The notes beneath the pieces were generated by a model. It had not been told where the DNA came from. It was given only the letters and a program-made list of their open reading frames with translations, and searched no databases. The position numbers and the translations under genes were made by a program. Positions 52,988-64,000 of a stretch of 64,000 nt of DNA are shown here, one piece after another. The DNA comes from Octopus vulgaris. Its lineage: Eukaryota. Where the stretch lies: the NCBI GenBank assembly GCA_951406725.2, contig OX597834.1:43834001-43898000 (forward strand), written 5' to 3'. Position 1 is the first letter of the stretch; each line of letters starts with the position of its first letter.

Positions 52988-53341
52988 TACCTTTCCATTT
53001 TCCCCAAGCGTCAAACTAATACATGTCTTCATGTTTGTTATTCTATAAAATTGAATCATATACATATATATATTCTTTTATTCTATCATTTGTTTCGACA
53101 AAGAAGAAGAAGAAGAAGAAGAAGAAGAAGAAGAAGAAGAAGAAGAGGAGGAGAAGTAATGTCAATAATAAATAAATAATAATGAATAAATAGAAATATG
53201 AATAACAAAATAAAAGTAGAACGACAGAGATGGGAAGGGAGGGAGAAAGAAAGAAAGAATGAATGAACTAAAGGAAAGAAGGAAGGAAGGAAGGAAGGAA
53301 AGAAGAGAAAGAAAGAATAAAAGAAAGAAAGAAAGAAAGAG

Positions 53342-53387
<46 letters not shown>

Positions 53388-54586
53388 TACTAAACGAAGG
53401 ACGGGAGGAAGGTAGGAAGGAAGAAAGAGAAGGTGGTGAGAGACAGCAATGGTGACAAGCTACGGAGGTATATTCGACATATATACTGGTGGTTCCAAAT
53501 TTTGACAGGAATTTTACCAGATACCAGCATCGTAGCATCCAATGTCTTTGCGTGCATCCAATATGCAAGAGGCTGTGAGCTTCCGGCCAATAGTCGATAC
53601 GAAACCTATGGTAACATTCTGACCCCATTATATATCATAACCAGTAATGTACTCTTCCATGTTATGAATATATACACACGCAGTCACGCACACACTTTGA
53701 CACACACACACATGCATGCATGCATATGTATGTATTAGCACAAATTTTTATCATATAGATTATATACATCTTTCAGTGTATATATATACATAAATATATT
53801 TATTTATATGTACACATACATACATGTATATATGTGTAGGTGTATATATATATATATATATATATGTATATAGAGAGAGAGGGAGAAGGGAGAGAGAGAG
53901 GCGGAAGAGAGAGAGGAGAGAAAGAGAAAGATATAGATATATATATATTTATATATATGTATACATACATACATGTATATATATATGTGTGTGTGTGTGT
54001 GTGTACATATATATATATACATATATAATACTATGCATGTGTATATATACATATATATTATGTACAAGCACGCACACATACATACATACACATACATACA
54101 TATGTGTGTGTATGTGCGCGTGCATTATATATTATGTATTATATGTGAATGTATGTCCGCATGCATGTATGTGTATGTGTGGGGGGGAGTGGAGTTGAGT
54201 GTAATAAATGGCAGGAAGTAGCCATCATGAAAGAAAGTTAGAACTGATACGTGGAGTAAATTAATCGCTAAACCTATTTAGACCAACGTTAAAGCTTAGC
54301 TCTTGGGATTTCTTCCGTGGACTGATAACAGCACTGTAATAATTCTACAAATAAATAGAGAGCGAGAGTAAAGGGGAGAGAGAGAGAGAGAGGGGAAGAG
54401 AGAGAGACTGACAGACAGACACACACGGACATACACATGGATACACACACAGACACACGAACGCGCGCATGCACACACACGGGTGCAGGTACGCACACGC
54501 AGGCACACACTCATTCACATTGTCATTCATACAACAATACAAGGTAAAACGGATATATTCCATACATATTTATCTATGGACACACA

Positions 54587-54635
<49 letters not shown>

Positions 54636-54734
54636 ACACACACTCATATATATATATATGTTCTATCATTTTCGCCATGATAGATCTCTAGCCACTACAC
54701 ATTCTTTATTTTCTCTCCTTGTTTCTTTCTGTGT

Positions 54735-54773
54735 TCTTTTCTGCCGAAGAGCGTAGGCTCAAAATGTTAAAGA
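54735..54773 (+). ncRNA. Degenerate hammerhead motif
   Basis: TCTTTT|CTGCCGA|A GAGC-GTAG-GCTC|AAAAT GTT|AAAGA; stems intact, core mutated. Confidence 0.5.
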
Positions 54774-54858
54774 CTTTTTCACTTCCTGGACGTTATACTA
54801 ATACATCTGTTTGTTGTCTACACCACCTGTCTTCGTCTTTTTTGTGTGAATTCTCCTT

Positions 54859-54959
<101 letters not shown>

Positions 54960-55075
54960 CATACACATATGTATATATACATATACATATATATATATAT
55001 ATGTGTGTGTTTATGTATGTTTGTATTTATATATATATATTATACATATATATATATATATATGTATATATAGAA

Positions 55076-55134
<59 letters not shown>

Positions 55135-55407
55135 ATAAATTCATTCGTAGCTGAAGCCATGAACACATAGATATGCACGCAATCTTAAACACATGTTGTA
55201 ACGTTCATCGTCATATGTAGAGGACGTTTTCTATACAAGCATGCAAAAACTCTGAAACTCATGTAGAACAACATATAACCACAAAGATTTACTCACATAC
55301 GCATGTATTCATAAATACGTATTCGTGTATGTGTATACATATATACATATATATATGCATTCATAGGTATACACTTATATGTATGTACGCATGCATGTAT
55401 CTAGTTG

Positions 55408-55488
<81 letters not shown>

Positions 55489-55498
55489 CCTTCTCCTT

Positions 55499-55533
55499 GT
55501 TTCCGACGAAGAGCTCCGCTCGAAACGTTAAAC
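55499..55533 (+). ncRNA. Minimal hammerhead ribozyme motif
   Basis: GTTT|CCGACGA|A GAGC-TCC-GCTC|GAAAC GTT|AAAC; all three stems intact, palindromic AACGTT, U4 replaced by C. Confidence 0.72.
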
Positions 55534-55646
55534 CCTCCTTCCCTTCTTTCCTGAGCGTCAATAATACTTTAATTGTTCCACGTCCTCGCGTTGCTGTGTT
55601 TTTTTTCTGTGTTTTCTTGTTTGGATTAACTATATATATATAACAT

Positions 55647-55697
<51 letters not shown>

Positions 55698-55701
55698 ACA
55701 T

Positions 55702-55764
<63 letters not shown>

Positions 55765-55880
55765 TCTGCAATTATATGTATACGCACAACTATTACATAT
55801 CATACATACACACATGCATGCGTATACATCTACATATGCACGCACAGATACACACATTTTATACGCATAGACGTATACAT

Positions 55881-55911
<31 letters not shown>

Positions 55912-56049
55912 AGGGTGAAGCAGGGAGGCACACGTATTATACAGGATATCATTTCAAGTGGCTTTTAAACCAACACCTGGGAAATGTTAATATACAGAAA
56001 GTAATAAAGACGAACTTACATTGACAGTAAGATAATATAATTTAATAAA

Positions 56050-56084
<35 letters not shown>

Positions 56085-56504
56085 GACCACTGTCATTGTT
56101 GCTACTCATACAAGCACTCACCAAGACTAGCACTCTGATTACGAAAATCACTTCCACTACTACCCCTCCCCCAACAACTTCCTTCCACACCACTATATCA
56201 TCAACACTACTGCTACCAACACCACCACGATCAACACTACCACTTCCCCACTGCAAGCAACCACCGCCTTTACAGCTAATCACGAATTCTACCGCCTTCA
56301 GTATAACTTGAACAACTCCCTAGCTATCTCTTACCCTTCTTTTTTTCGATGTTCTGTGATTATTTACACATGTCTCTGAACTCTGATTAGAAGGTTTCCA
56401 TCTGCGACCATCACTGTTGCTTTTCCATTGATGCCTTCATTATTTCCCTCAACAGCGTGGCCGATGAACTCACATTACCGTGAGGAGGAAAGTATCATAA
56501 ATAA

Positions 56505-56625
56505 ATGACTAACAAGGCATATATTGGTGTTGCTGCCAACGCATTCAAGACCAGATTAAACCAACGTTTACAAGCCTTCAGGAACCTGGACACGAGAAAT
56601 ATCACTCCACTCTCCAGCTACCTAC
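56505..56625 (+). mobile_element. Penelope-like element GIY-YIG endonuclease fragment
   Basis: NKAYIGVAANAFKTRLNQRLQAFRNLDTRNITPLSSYL fits the PLE pattern YIG.....FK.R...H...FR......T.LS.Y; no upstream RT and no GIY half visible. Confidence 0.75.
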
Positions 56626-58070
56626 CTCTGGTACTTTCGAGCACTAAACTTCATATGACCGACAATGAAAGCCTCGTCATATTGTTGTAGGTGCAAGCCT
56701 TGTTATCTATATACAGCAGAAAGGGGACAACAAAATATCCAGATAGACGATACAAAAAGATACGGACGGGTCATTCGAAGCCTTTTATCTTCAGTCAAGA
56801 ACCGGATCATCCTCGCAATTTCGGCTGATTAATCTTGAGATTGCTCCAATCTGGTCAACCCCAAGGAAAAACTAAGCTAAGAGCATTAGAGGTTGAAAGG
56901 GGTGAACGTGTATGTGTGTGTTTGTATGAGGGAGAGAGAAGGAGTGTGTATGTATGTGCGTATGTATGTATTATGTGAGTGGAGAGACAGACAGACAGGG
57001 GAATGTATGTATGTGTGGGTATGTGTGTGTGAGGAGAGAGACAGACAGGCAGAGTGTGAGAGGAGTGAACGTGGATGTGTGTGTTTGTATGTGTGGAGGG
57101 GACAGAGAAGGATGTCTGTGTATATATGTGTGTATGTGTGTATGTATGTATGAATGTATGTATGTGTGTATGCATGTATGAATTATGTATTTATGTATGT
57201 ATGTGTGTATGTATGTATGAATTTATGTATATATGTGTGTATGTATGAATGTATGTATGTATGTATGTTTGTATGTATGTGTGTATGTATATATGTGTGT
57301 ATGTATGAATGTATGTATGAATGTATGTATGTATGTATGTTTGTATGTATGTATGTATGTATGTATGTGTGTGTGTGTATGTATGTATGTATGTATGTGT
57401 ATGTATGTATGTATGTATGTATGTATGTGTGTATGTATGTATGTATGTATGTATGTATGTGTGTATGTATGTATGTGTGTTTGTATGTATGCATGTATGT
57501 AAGTGGAGAAAGAGACAGACAGCCAGACAGAGGAATGTATTGTGTGGGTATGTGTGTATGCGTTTGTGGTGAGAGCGTGAATGTGTGTGGTGTGTGGTGT
57601 GTGGTGTGTGGCGGAGAGAGTTAGAGTCAGAGAGAGAGAGAGAGAGAAAGAGAGAAAGGCAGAACGAGAAACAAAGAGGCATATAAAGAAAGCTCGAGGC
57701 AAAAAAAAAAACATACGGCGTGTGCTTGTGTGCATGTGTGCATTTGTGCGTTTGTGCATGTGTGTGTGTGTGTGTATTTGTACGCTTGTGTATGTGTGTG
57801 GGTGGCTGCATATGTGTGTGTGTGTGCGTGTGAGGCAGATTGAAGGAGAGTGAGAGGAAGAGGTAGGAGACTACGAGAGTGACGTTAAAGTGTGTTAATC
57901 CCAAGGTGCCGGACAGCTTCGGTAATTAGCTTTTGGATTTAACTAATGGAAAACCGTAATCGCCTTCTGTAATGACTTTTTTTTTTCCTGCGTGATTCTC
58001 TGTATTCCTAAACTTATGTGTCTGCTTGTATTTTGAATACACACATACATACATACATACATACATACAT

Positions 58071-58101
<31 letters not shown>

Positions 58102-58196
58102 TACACACACATACATACATACATACATACATACACACACATACATACATACATACACACACATACATACATACATACATACATACATACATACAT

Positions 58197-58227
<31 letters not shown>

Positions 58228-58312
58228 TATACACACACATACATACATACATACACGCATACACACATACATATATAAATATATATGTGTGTGTATATAT
58301 ATATATATATAT

Positions 58313-58368
<56 letters not shown>

Positions 58369-59102
58369 ATGTATATACACATACACATGCACAAACACAT
58401 AAACACACACACATAAACACACACAGCCACACACACACAGACACACACACAAGTACGCACGCGGTTTCAGAAAGAGGAAACTTATTCCTCGGTCTGCTGT
58501 AGATGTGATTGTTGTTATTGTTATGACTTTATTATCTCCCTTGCTTGTTTGCTTGCTTTTTTTTGCTGCTGTGGTTTTTTATCGTTGTTGTTGTTGTTGC
58601 TGCTGTTGTTGTTAATGCGTTTCCTGTCTTTTCTTATAATCGCTTTATTTCTTTCCTGGATTTATTATTATATAGTAATGGATATGCTGGCTTGGTCGAT
58701 AAACTTATATATCATATACATACATATGCACGTGCGTGTATATATATATATGTATGTGATCACATACATATTTATACATATACATAATCACACACTCACA
58801 CACACACATATATATAATTATTTATATATGTGAGTGTGTGTATATTTGCATGTATATGAATAATACAATATTTCAATTTGCAAGCAAACAAGAAAAGTAC
58901 TCAATGTAGAAAACAAGAGCAATTTCTTATTGTAGTAATTTCTGTTAATTACCTAGCACAGTAATCTCAGCATTGTGAGGTATATATAAATATGCGATTA
59001 GAGGTTGTGTTAGCCTCCTGAAATGATGGTTTCATCTAAAGAAATACTGGTTGAATACCTAATATTTGGTAGGGAATTGCTTTCCTTAAAATAATATGTA
59101 TA

Positions 59103-59186
<84 letters not shown>

Positions 59187-59187
<1 letters not shown>

Positions 59188-59339
59188 TTTATTTTAAGCA
59201 GCAGAAAATTCAACAAAATCTGTTACTCTGAGTTTCTCGTTGCCGTTCATCAGACAGTTTTTGCTAGCAAAAACTGTCTGATGAACGGCAACGAGAAGAG
59301 TAACAGATTTTGTTGAATTTTCTGCTGCTTAAAATAAAG
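59187..59339. repeat. 153-bp near-perfect palindrome centred on GCTAGC
   Basis: Left arm 59187-59265, right arm 59266-59339; the only difference seen is a 5-bp deletion in the right arm. Confidence 0.95.
59220..59257 (-). ncRNA. Minimal hammerhead ribozyme motif with intact core (mirror copy at 59274-59306 on + has a deletion)
   Basis: Minus strand CTGT|CTGATGA|A CG-GCAA-CG A|GAAACTC-A-GAGTA|ACAG: stem I CTGT/ACAG, GNRA-capped stem II, stem III ACTC/GAGT, GUA site. Confidence 0.8.
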
Positions 59340-59408
59340 CATATTACTCTACCACTGGTATTTGAGTACTCTTTTTTCCACCTTGTTTCACATTTATGTG
59401 TTTACTCC

Positions 59409-59467
<59 letters not shown>

Positions 59468-59507
59468 GTATCATTCAGTCCGCTATAATGAATCCATAAA
59501 TTTTCTT

Positions 59508-59589
59508 TCCTTCTGAAGATATGATCGGGTCGTATGAATTTAATATTTAATTAGATTCACTGATTGTTAATAGAAACAGCTGTAAAGGA
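59508..59589 (+). ncRNA. Type-I hammerhead ribozyme motif with extended stem II
   Basis: TCCTT|CTGAAGA|TAT GATCGG..TGAATTTAAT-ATTTA-ATTAGATTCA CTGATT..ATA|GAAAC AGCT GTA|AAGGA; predicted cleavage after A59584. Confidence 0.78.
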
Positions 59590-59669
59590 TGATGATGGAT
59601 TTGTTAATAATAGACTATTATAATCTTCCTTATCTCCATTTCCTTTTTCTTCTCATATATATATATATA

Positions 59670-59862
59670 TATATTAATTATAATAAAGGGTTAATTGCAA
59701 CAAGTTGCTCAAAACCACATACCGAAAATATTAGAAATAGCAGCCAAATTGATCACTATTTCTCCTACTAATAAAAATGTCTCCACAAACAAACAGAATT
59801 TGTAATCCGTATATGGTATTTGAGCAACTTGTTGCAATTAACCCTTTATTATAATTAATATA
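59670..59862. repeat. Approx. 53-bp inverted repeat with 86-bp spacer
   Basis: atattaattataataaagggttaattgcaacaagttgctcaaa (from 59671) is the exact reverse complement of tttgagcaacttgttgcaattaaccctttattataattaatat (to 59861). Confidence 0.92.
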
Positions 59863-59953
59863 ATTCTTACCAAATATGGTCTTTTCCATACCGATAAATC
59901 TACTAGGTGAAATTTATTAATTTTATTAAATTAATTATGTTTCACCCTTATTT

Positions 59954-60002
<49 letters not shown>

Positions 60003-60007
<5 letters not shown>

Positions 60008-60258
60008 GAAGGAAAGTGTTGTATACAGTGCTCAGGTGCACTACACCTAAAAAGAAAAGACCTTCAGGTGTACTGTTGGCGGATTTCAGGAAGCATGGAA
60101 GTTTTGAAGGATGTAGTGTTTCAACAGCTACCAGCTGATGTGGGTAGTTTATTCCATGCTTCAGCAATTCTGAGCGTGAAAAAATACTACCGAAAGTCAT
60201 GGGTGCTGTGTTGTTGTTTTTTTTTATTTTATAAGCATGTCCGCCTGTGTTTGTCATA
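60003..60258 (-). mobile_element. CR1-like LINE 3' end
   Basis: Minus-strand TGGHAYKIKK / QHSTHDFR*YFFTLRIAEAWNKLP: the TRGH..K...R..FF..R....WN.LP motif. Confidence 0.85.
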
Positions 60259-60349
60259 TGAAATTCAAAAAGGTGCCCAAGTTACTGAAACAATTGAAAA
60301 ATTCGAGAAGAGAAGGAAGAATGAGAGAACAAATAATTGGAAAGAAAGG

Positions 60350-61065
60350 GAACCACCTGAATAATTCATGCAACTCACCGATGTTAAAAGTAAAGGACGC
60401 TGGTTGTGACTGACAGGTGGAAGCCCAAAGAGAGAAACTGAATCATTAGTTATAGGTGTTCAAGAAAAAGCTGTTAAAAGGAATTTGATAACGTTAAAGA
60501 TTGATAAAACTCAGTCAGAGAGCAAGCGCAGAATTTGTGGAAATGAAGACGAAAGTATTAACCATCTCTTAAGTGAATGCAGTGAACAAGCACAAAAAGA
60601 ATATAAGCATAGGTGTGGTTATCTGTAAAAGAATGAATTAGGATGTTAGCTAAGTGGATTCAAAGCGACAGTAAAGGGATACGAAGACGAACCAAATGTT
60701 GCAAATAATAGTTACCTGATTTGATGAGATTTTCCCCTAATGATTGACCAAGCTGTTGAAGCAACATAATTAAACCCGATTGCATAGGACAAAAAGACAC
60801 AAACGGTGTAAGATCATCGGCTTTGCAATTCCCCTGGGATAAAAGGATGCATATCAAAGAGATTACGGAAGCAGAAATATCAGGAGCTACCCTGGAAGAT
60901 GAAGAGGTTGTAGAAGATAACAATTGTTCCTGTAGCAATCGGTGAACTTGGAACGATACCATTACAGCTGTCAAAGAAAGTGAAGGATATTGGAATAGCG
61001 AGTCGCAGAAAGGTGCAATCCTGTATTCTGCAAGATTCCCAAGGAAGATTCCCAACATTTGAGGA
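60350..61065 (+). mobile_element. R4/Dong-like (RLE-type) non-LTR retrotransposon C-terminal fragment, pseudogenised
   Basis: PKRETESLVIGVQEKAVKRNLITLKIDKTQSESKRRICGNEDESINHLLSECSEQAQKEYKHR (decayed CCHC knuckle), followed by CKIIGFAIPWDKRMHIKE and KYQ (RLE endonuclease region). Confidence 0.85.
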
Positions 61066-61234
61066 GACTCGTTATCATCAAGCCTCATGATAATATGTAA
61101 AAGTTTTAATGATAATGATAATAATAAAATCTGCTTTAATCTCTTTTGTTTTTCACTGTTGCTGTCCTAGTCTTCTTCTTCTTCTTCTTCTTCTTCTTCT
61201 TCTTCTTCTTCTTCTTCTTCTTCTTCTTCTTCTT

Positions 61235-61319
<85 letters not shown>

Positions 61320-61875
61320 CAACAACAATAATAATAACAACAAAACTTTGCTAATAATAACGATGACGATGATGATGATAACTGAAGAAGAAGAAGAAGA
61401 AGAAGAAGAAGAAGAAGAAGAAGAAAAAGAAGAACAAGAACAAGAACAACAACAACAACAACAGCAACAACAACAAGAGAGTTTTTTTTTAAAAGAGATA
61501 TTTTCACTGTTGTTACTGTGAGTTACACATTTTGACACGATGGAAATCTTTCGTTAAATTTCTCGCATTTATAAATGATTAACACGTAACATTGCACCTA
61601 ATAATAATAAGCTCGCAATTAAATGATTCCAGACGTTCCGAAAAGACGCAACGTGAAACTCGGCGTTGACATCTTAATCTTCAGTGCTCTGAGCGACTGT
61701 GAGTGCGCGCTAGAGAGAAAGAGAAAAAAAAAGGAGAAAGAGAGAATGAGAGGGGCGAGAGAGCGTGACTATGTGGGCGTGCCTTTGTAAATAACGTCTA
61801 TATATGTATACCACTGGGCATTCAAACACGAGGAAAAGTATTCATCAGTACAACAACAGCGAAGTCGACGACGAC

Positions 61876-61909
<34 letters not shown>

Positions 61910-62248
61910 GTCTTTTCTATTCTAAGCGCAAGGCTCGAAATTTTAGGGGAGGGGGCAGTCGATTAGATCAACCTCAGCAGTACGCAATCGGTACTTAATT
62001 TATCGACCCCAAAAGGATGAAACGCAAAGTCGACGTCGGCGGAATTTGAACTCAGAACCCTTTCTACTATAAGCACAAGGTCTGAAATTTTGGGGGAGGT
62101 TTTAGTCGACTGGTACTTTTTCATCGACTTCGAAAGGATGAAAGACGCAGTCGACCTCGGTGGAATTTGAACTCAGAACGTAAAGACGGACAAAACCCCG
62201 CTAAGCATGTCGCCCGGCGTGCTAACGTTTCTGCCAGCCCGTCGCCTT
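61910..62248 (-). mobile_element. Two tandem SINE family B copies
   Basis: ggatgaaa..ca.agtcgac.tcgg.ggaatttgaactcagaac occurs twice. Confidence 0.85.
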
Positions 62249-63180
62249 CAAGTTTTGTATGTTAATAGCAGTAAAAATAAATGTGGCCTTTTATTGGTGT
62301 TCACTCCTTATTTCGCGTTGCCGCTTATTGAGAGCAACATTACATCATTATATCAAACAATTGTAAGGCTTGTTGGTGGAGTTATGAATATTTTGTCAAA
62401 GTAAGGCTTATAAAAATTAATATTCTAACATTCAAATATATAATAAATATGACAACTGTACAAAATATTATTATGTTAATGAAAGATAGCGTAAAATCTC
62501 AATGAATAAAAGAGGATGTAGAGAGACACAAAAAAGGAGATAGAAAGAAATGAATTGTATAAATGTGACAAAATATATTCAAAACAGGGAAGATGGGTAA
62601 AGCAAGAGAGAGAAATAAATAATGAGCGAGTGATAACGAAAATTGCGTTATTTAATGAAATTTTGTGTATCACAAAAGATACAATAAGTCTTACATCTAC
62701 GTTTATAAGGGAGAAGAAAGAAAAGAAATGTGAGGCGTTGAGGCCATAAAAGTGGCTTCGAACAGAGTGAAAAGGAAATATAGAGAACCGGAAGTAAAAA
62801 TAGAATGTGCTTGCGCGGTGAAAGAGAGTGACAAACTAGAGATATATGTTTATTAGGGAGTGGTGATGGGGAAAGCGTCTAGTCTACATGGGAAGAAAAA
62901 AGGAGGACGATGTAAGCGATAGAGGCATTGAAAAATAAAAATATGCGAGATAAAAAATATCAGGGAAGAGAAAAGGGGGTAATAAAAAGCACAAAAGAAA
63001 AATGGGGAGGGCGAGAAATAATATAAGCATCGATAGCAAAAAAGCTGGAGTAAAGTAAGAGTATTAAAATATAATTAAATAAATTGAAAATGTTCATAAT
63101 AAAATCAAATGTAATACAATAAAAGTGAAGAGCGAAAGTTCATTATAGCCAATCGCCGAAGTGATGTCTTTTGCCGATAT

Positions 63181-63314
63181 CATTTCCTGCTCTAAGCACA
63201 ATGCCTGAAATTTTGGGGGAGGGAGGCCCAGTCGATTAGATCGACCCCAGTACGCAGCTGGTACTTAATTTATTGATCTCGAAAGGATGAAAGGCTAAGT
63301 CGACCTCGGCGGAA
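63181..63314 (-). mobile_element. 5'-truncated SINE family B with 15-bp target-site duplication
   Basis: GTCTTTTGCCGATAT at 63166-63180 and 63315-63329. Confidence 0.9.
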
Positions 63315-64000
63315 GTCTTTTGCCGATATTGAGAGAAACACACAACGATAGAAGCATTACTAGAAAATTACCTTCTTGTGAAATCTTTTTGAAACTAAAT
63401 GTAAGTTAGTGAAACTGCATAACCCCAAGTGAGTGGGGATCTAAACATTGTTGAAATATACCAAAGTAATTTCAAGAAGACTGAAAAATTTCAACGAAGT
63501 TCTACCTTTATAATCAGTCTTTCATCCTGTGACCGGGATAAAGTTTCTCAAGATGAAATTATGTTGGTAGAAATTATTTGAGACAAATCCATTCCTGGAA
63601 TTCGACAAATTAACGGGAAATTTCATGACAAAGAGTTTATCTTGGTACATAGACAACTTGAGCCAAGTTCTTTAAAACATGACTCAGAAAATTCTATCAC
63701 TAGTGATGGTGTTTCAAAATATGGTAAACCCTCATCTTTTAGTCATCGGAACTTAATTAACTGACGAAATATTCTCGAAAAAGCTTTTGTACTGCCTTTT
63801 CTTTTAGCCAAAAATCAAATTCATCATACTGCTAGTACAGTTGTAACTAACATTCAGAGTTTCTGTGTAAAAATCTTGTTGTATCTATATACAGCAGGGA
63901 AGTGCTTAAGACAGTTTTAACAATATTGAAAACAACACCCTAGACTGGAAGGGGGATTAAAACAGATCACATTGCTCTTGCACAGCTATTTATATATTAG

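Noticed and set aside
56761-56800. Minus-strand CTGAAGA...CGAATGAC
   Set aside because: Lacks GAAA and stem I.
63755-63793. CTGACGA...GAAAAAGCTTTT hammerhead-like string
   Set aside because: No stem I or stem II pairing.

Overview
Eukaryotic, AT-rich, microsatellite-saturated non-coding DNA. The SINE families and repeat landscape point to an octopus (coleoid cephalopod) genome; this is inferred from recalled sequence resemblance, not a database search. No intact protein-coding gene is supportable, and nearly all ORFs in the track are translations of (TA)n, (CA)n, (TATG)n, (GAA)n, (TAA)n or (CAT)n repeats. The window holds dozens of copies of at least four tRNA-derived SINE families and decayed LINE fragments (two CR1/L2-like, one RTE-like, one R4/Dong-like). 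It also holds a Penelope GIY-YIG fragment, a mariner transposase remnant, two stacked hAT MITEs sharing a target site, and a long-TIR foldback element. The most notable hidden signal is about ten dispersed minimal type-I hammerhead ribozyme motifs (CUGANGA...GAAA...UH with a palindromic stem III), several degenerate, mostly in short elements embedded in (TA)n tracts. These include a 153-bp near-perfect palindrome made of two inverted hammerheads and one hammerhead with a very long stem II. Other leads are miRNA-like hairpins (12108-12178, 19962-20029, 41717-41802), a visible SINE/LINE shared 3' tail, and a patchwork duplication at 16.2-22.2 kb that is probably an assembly artefact.
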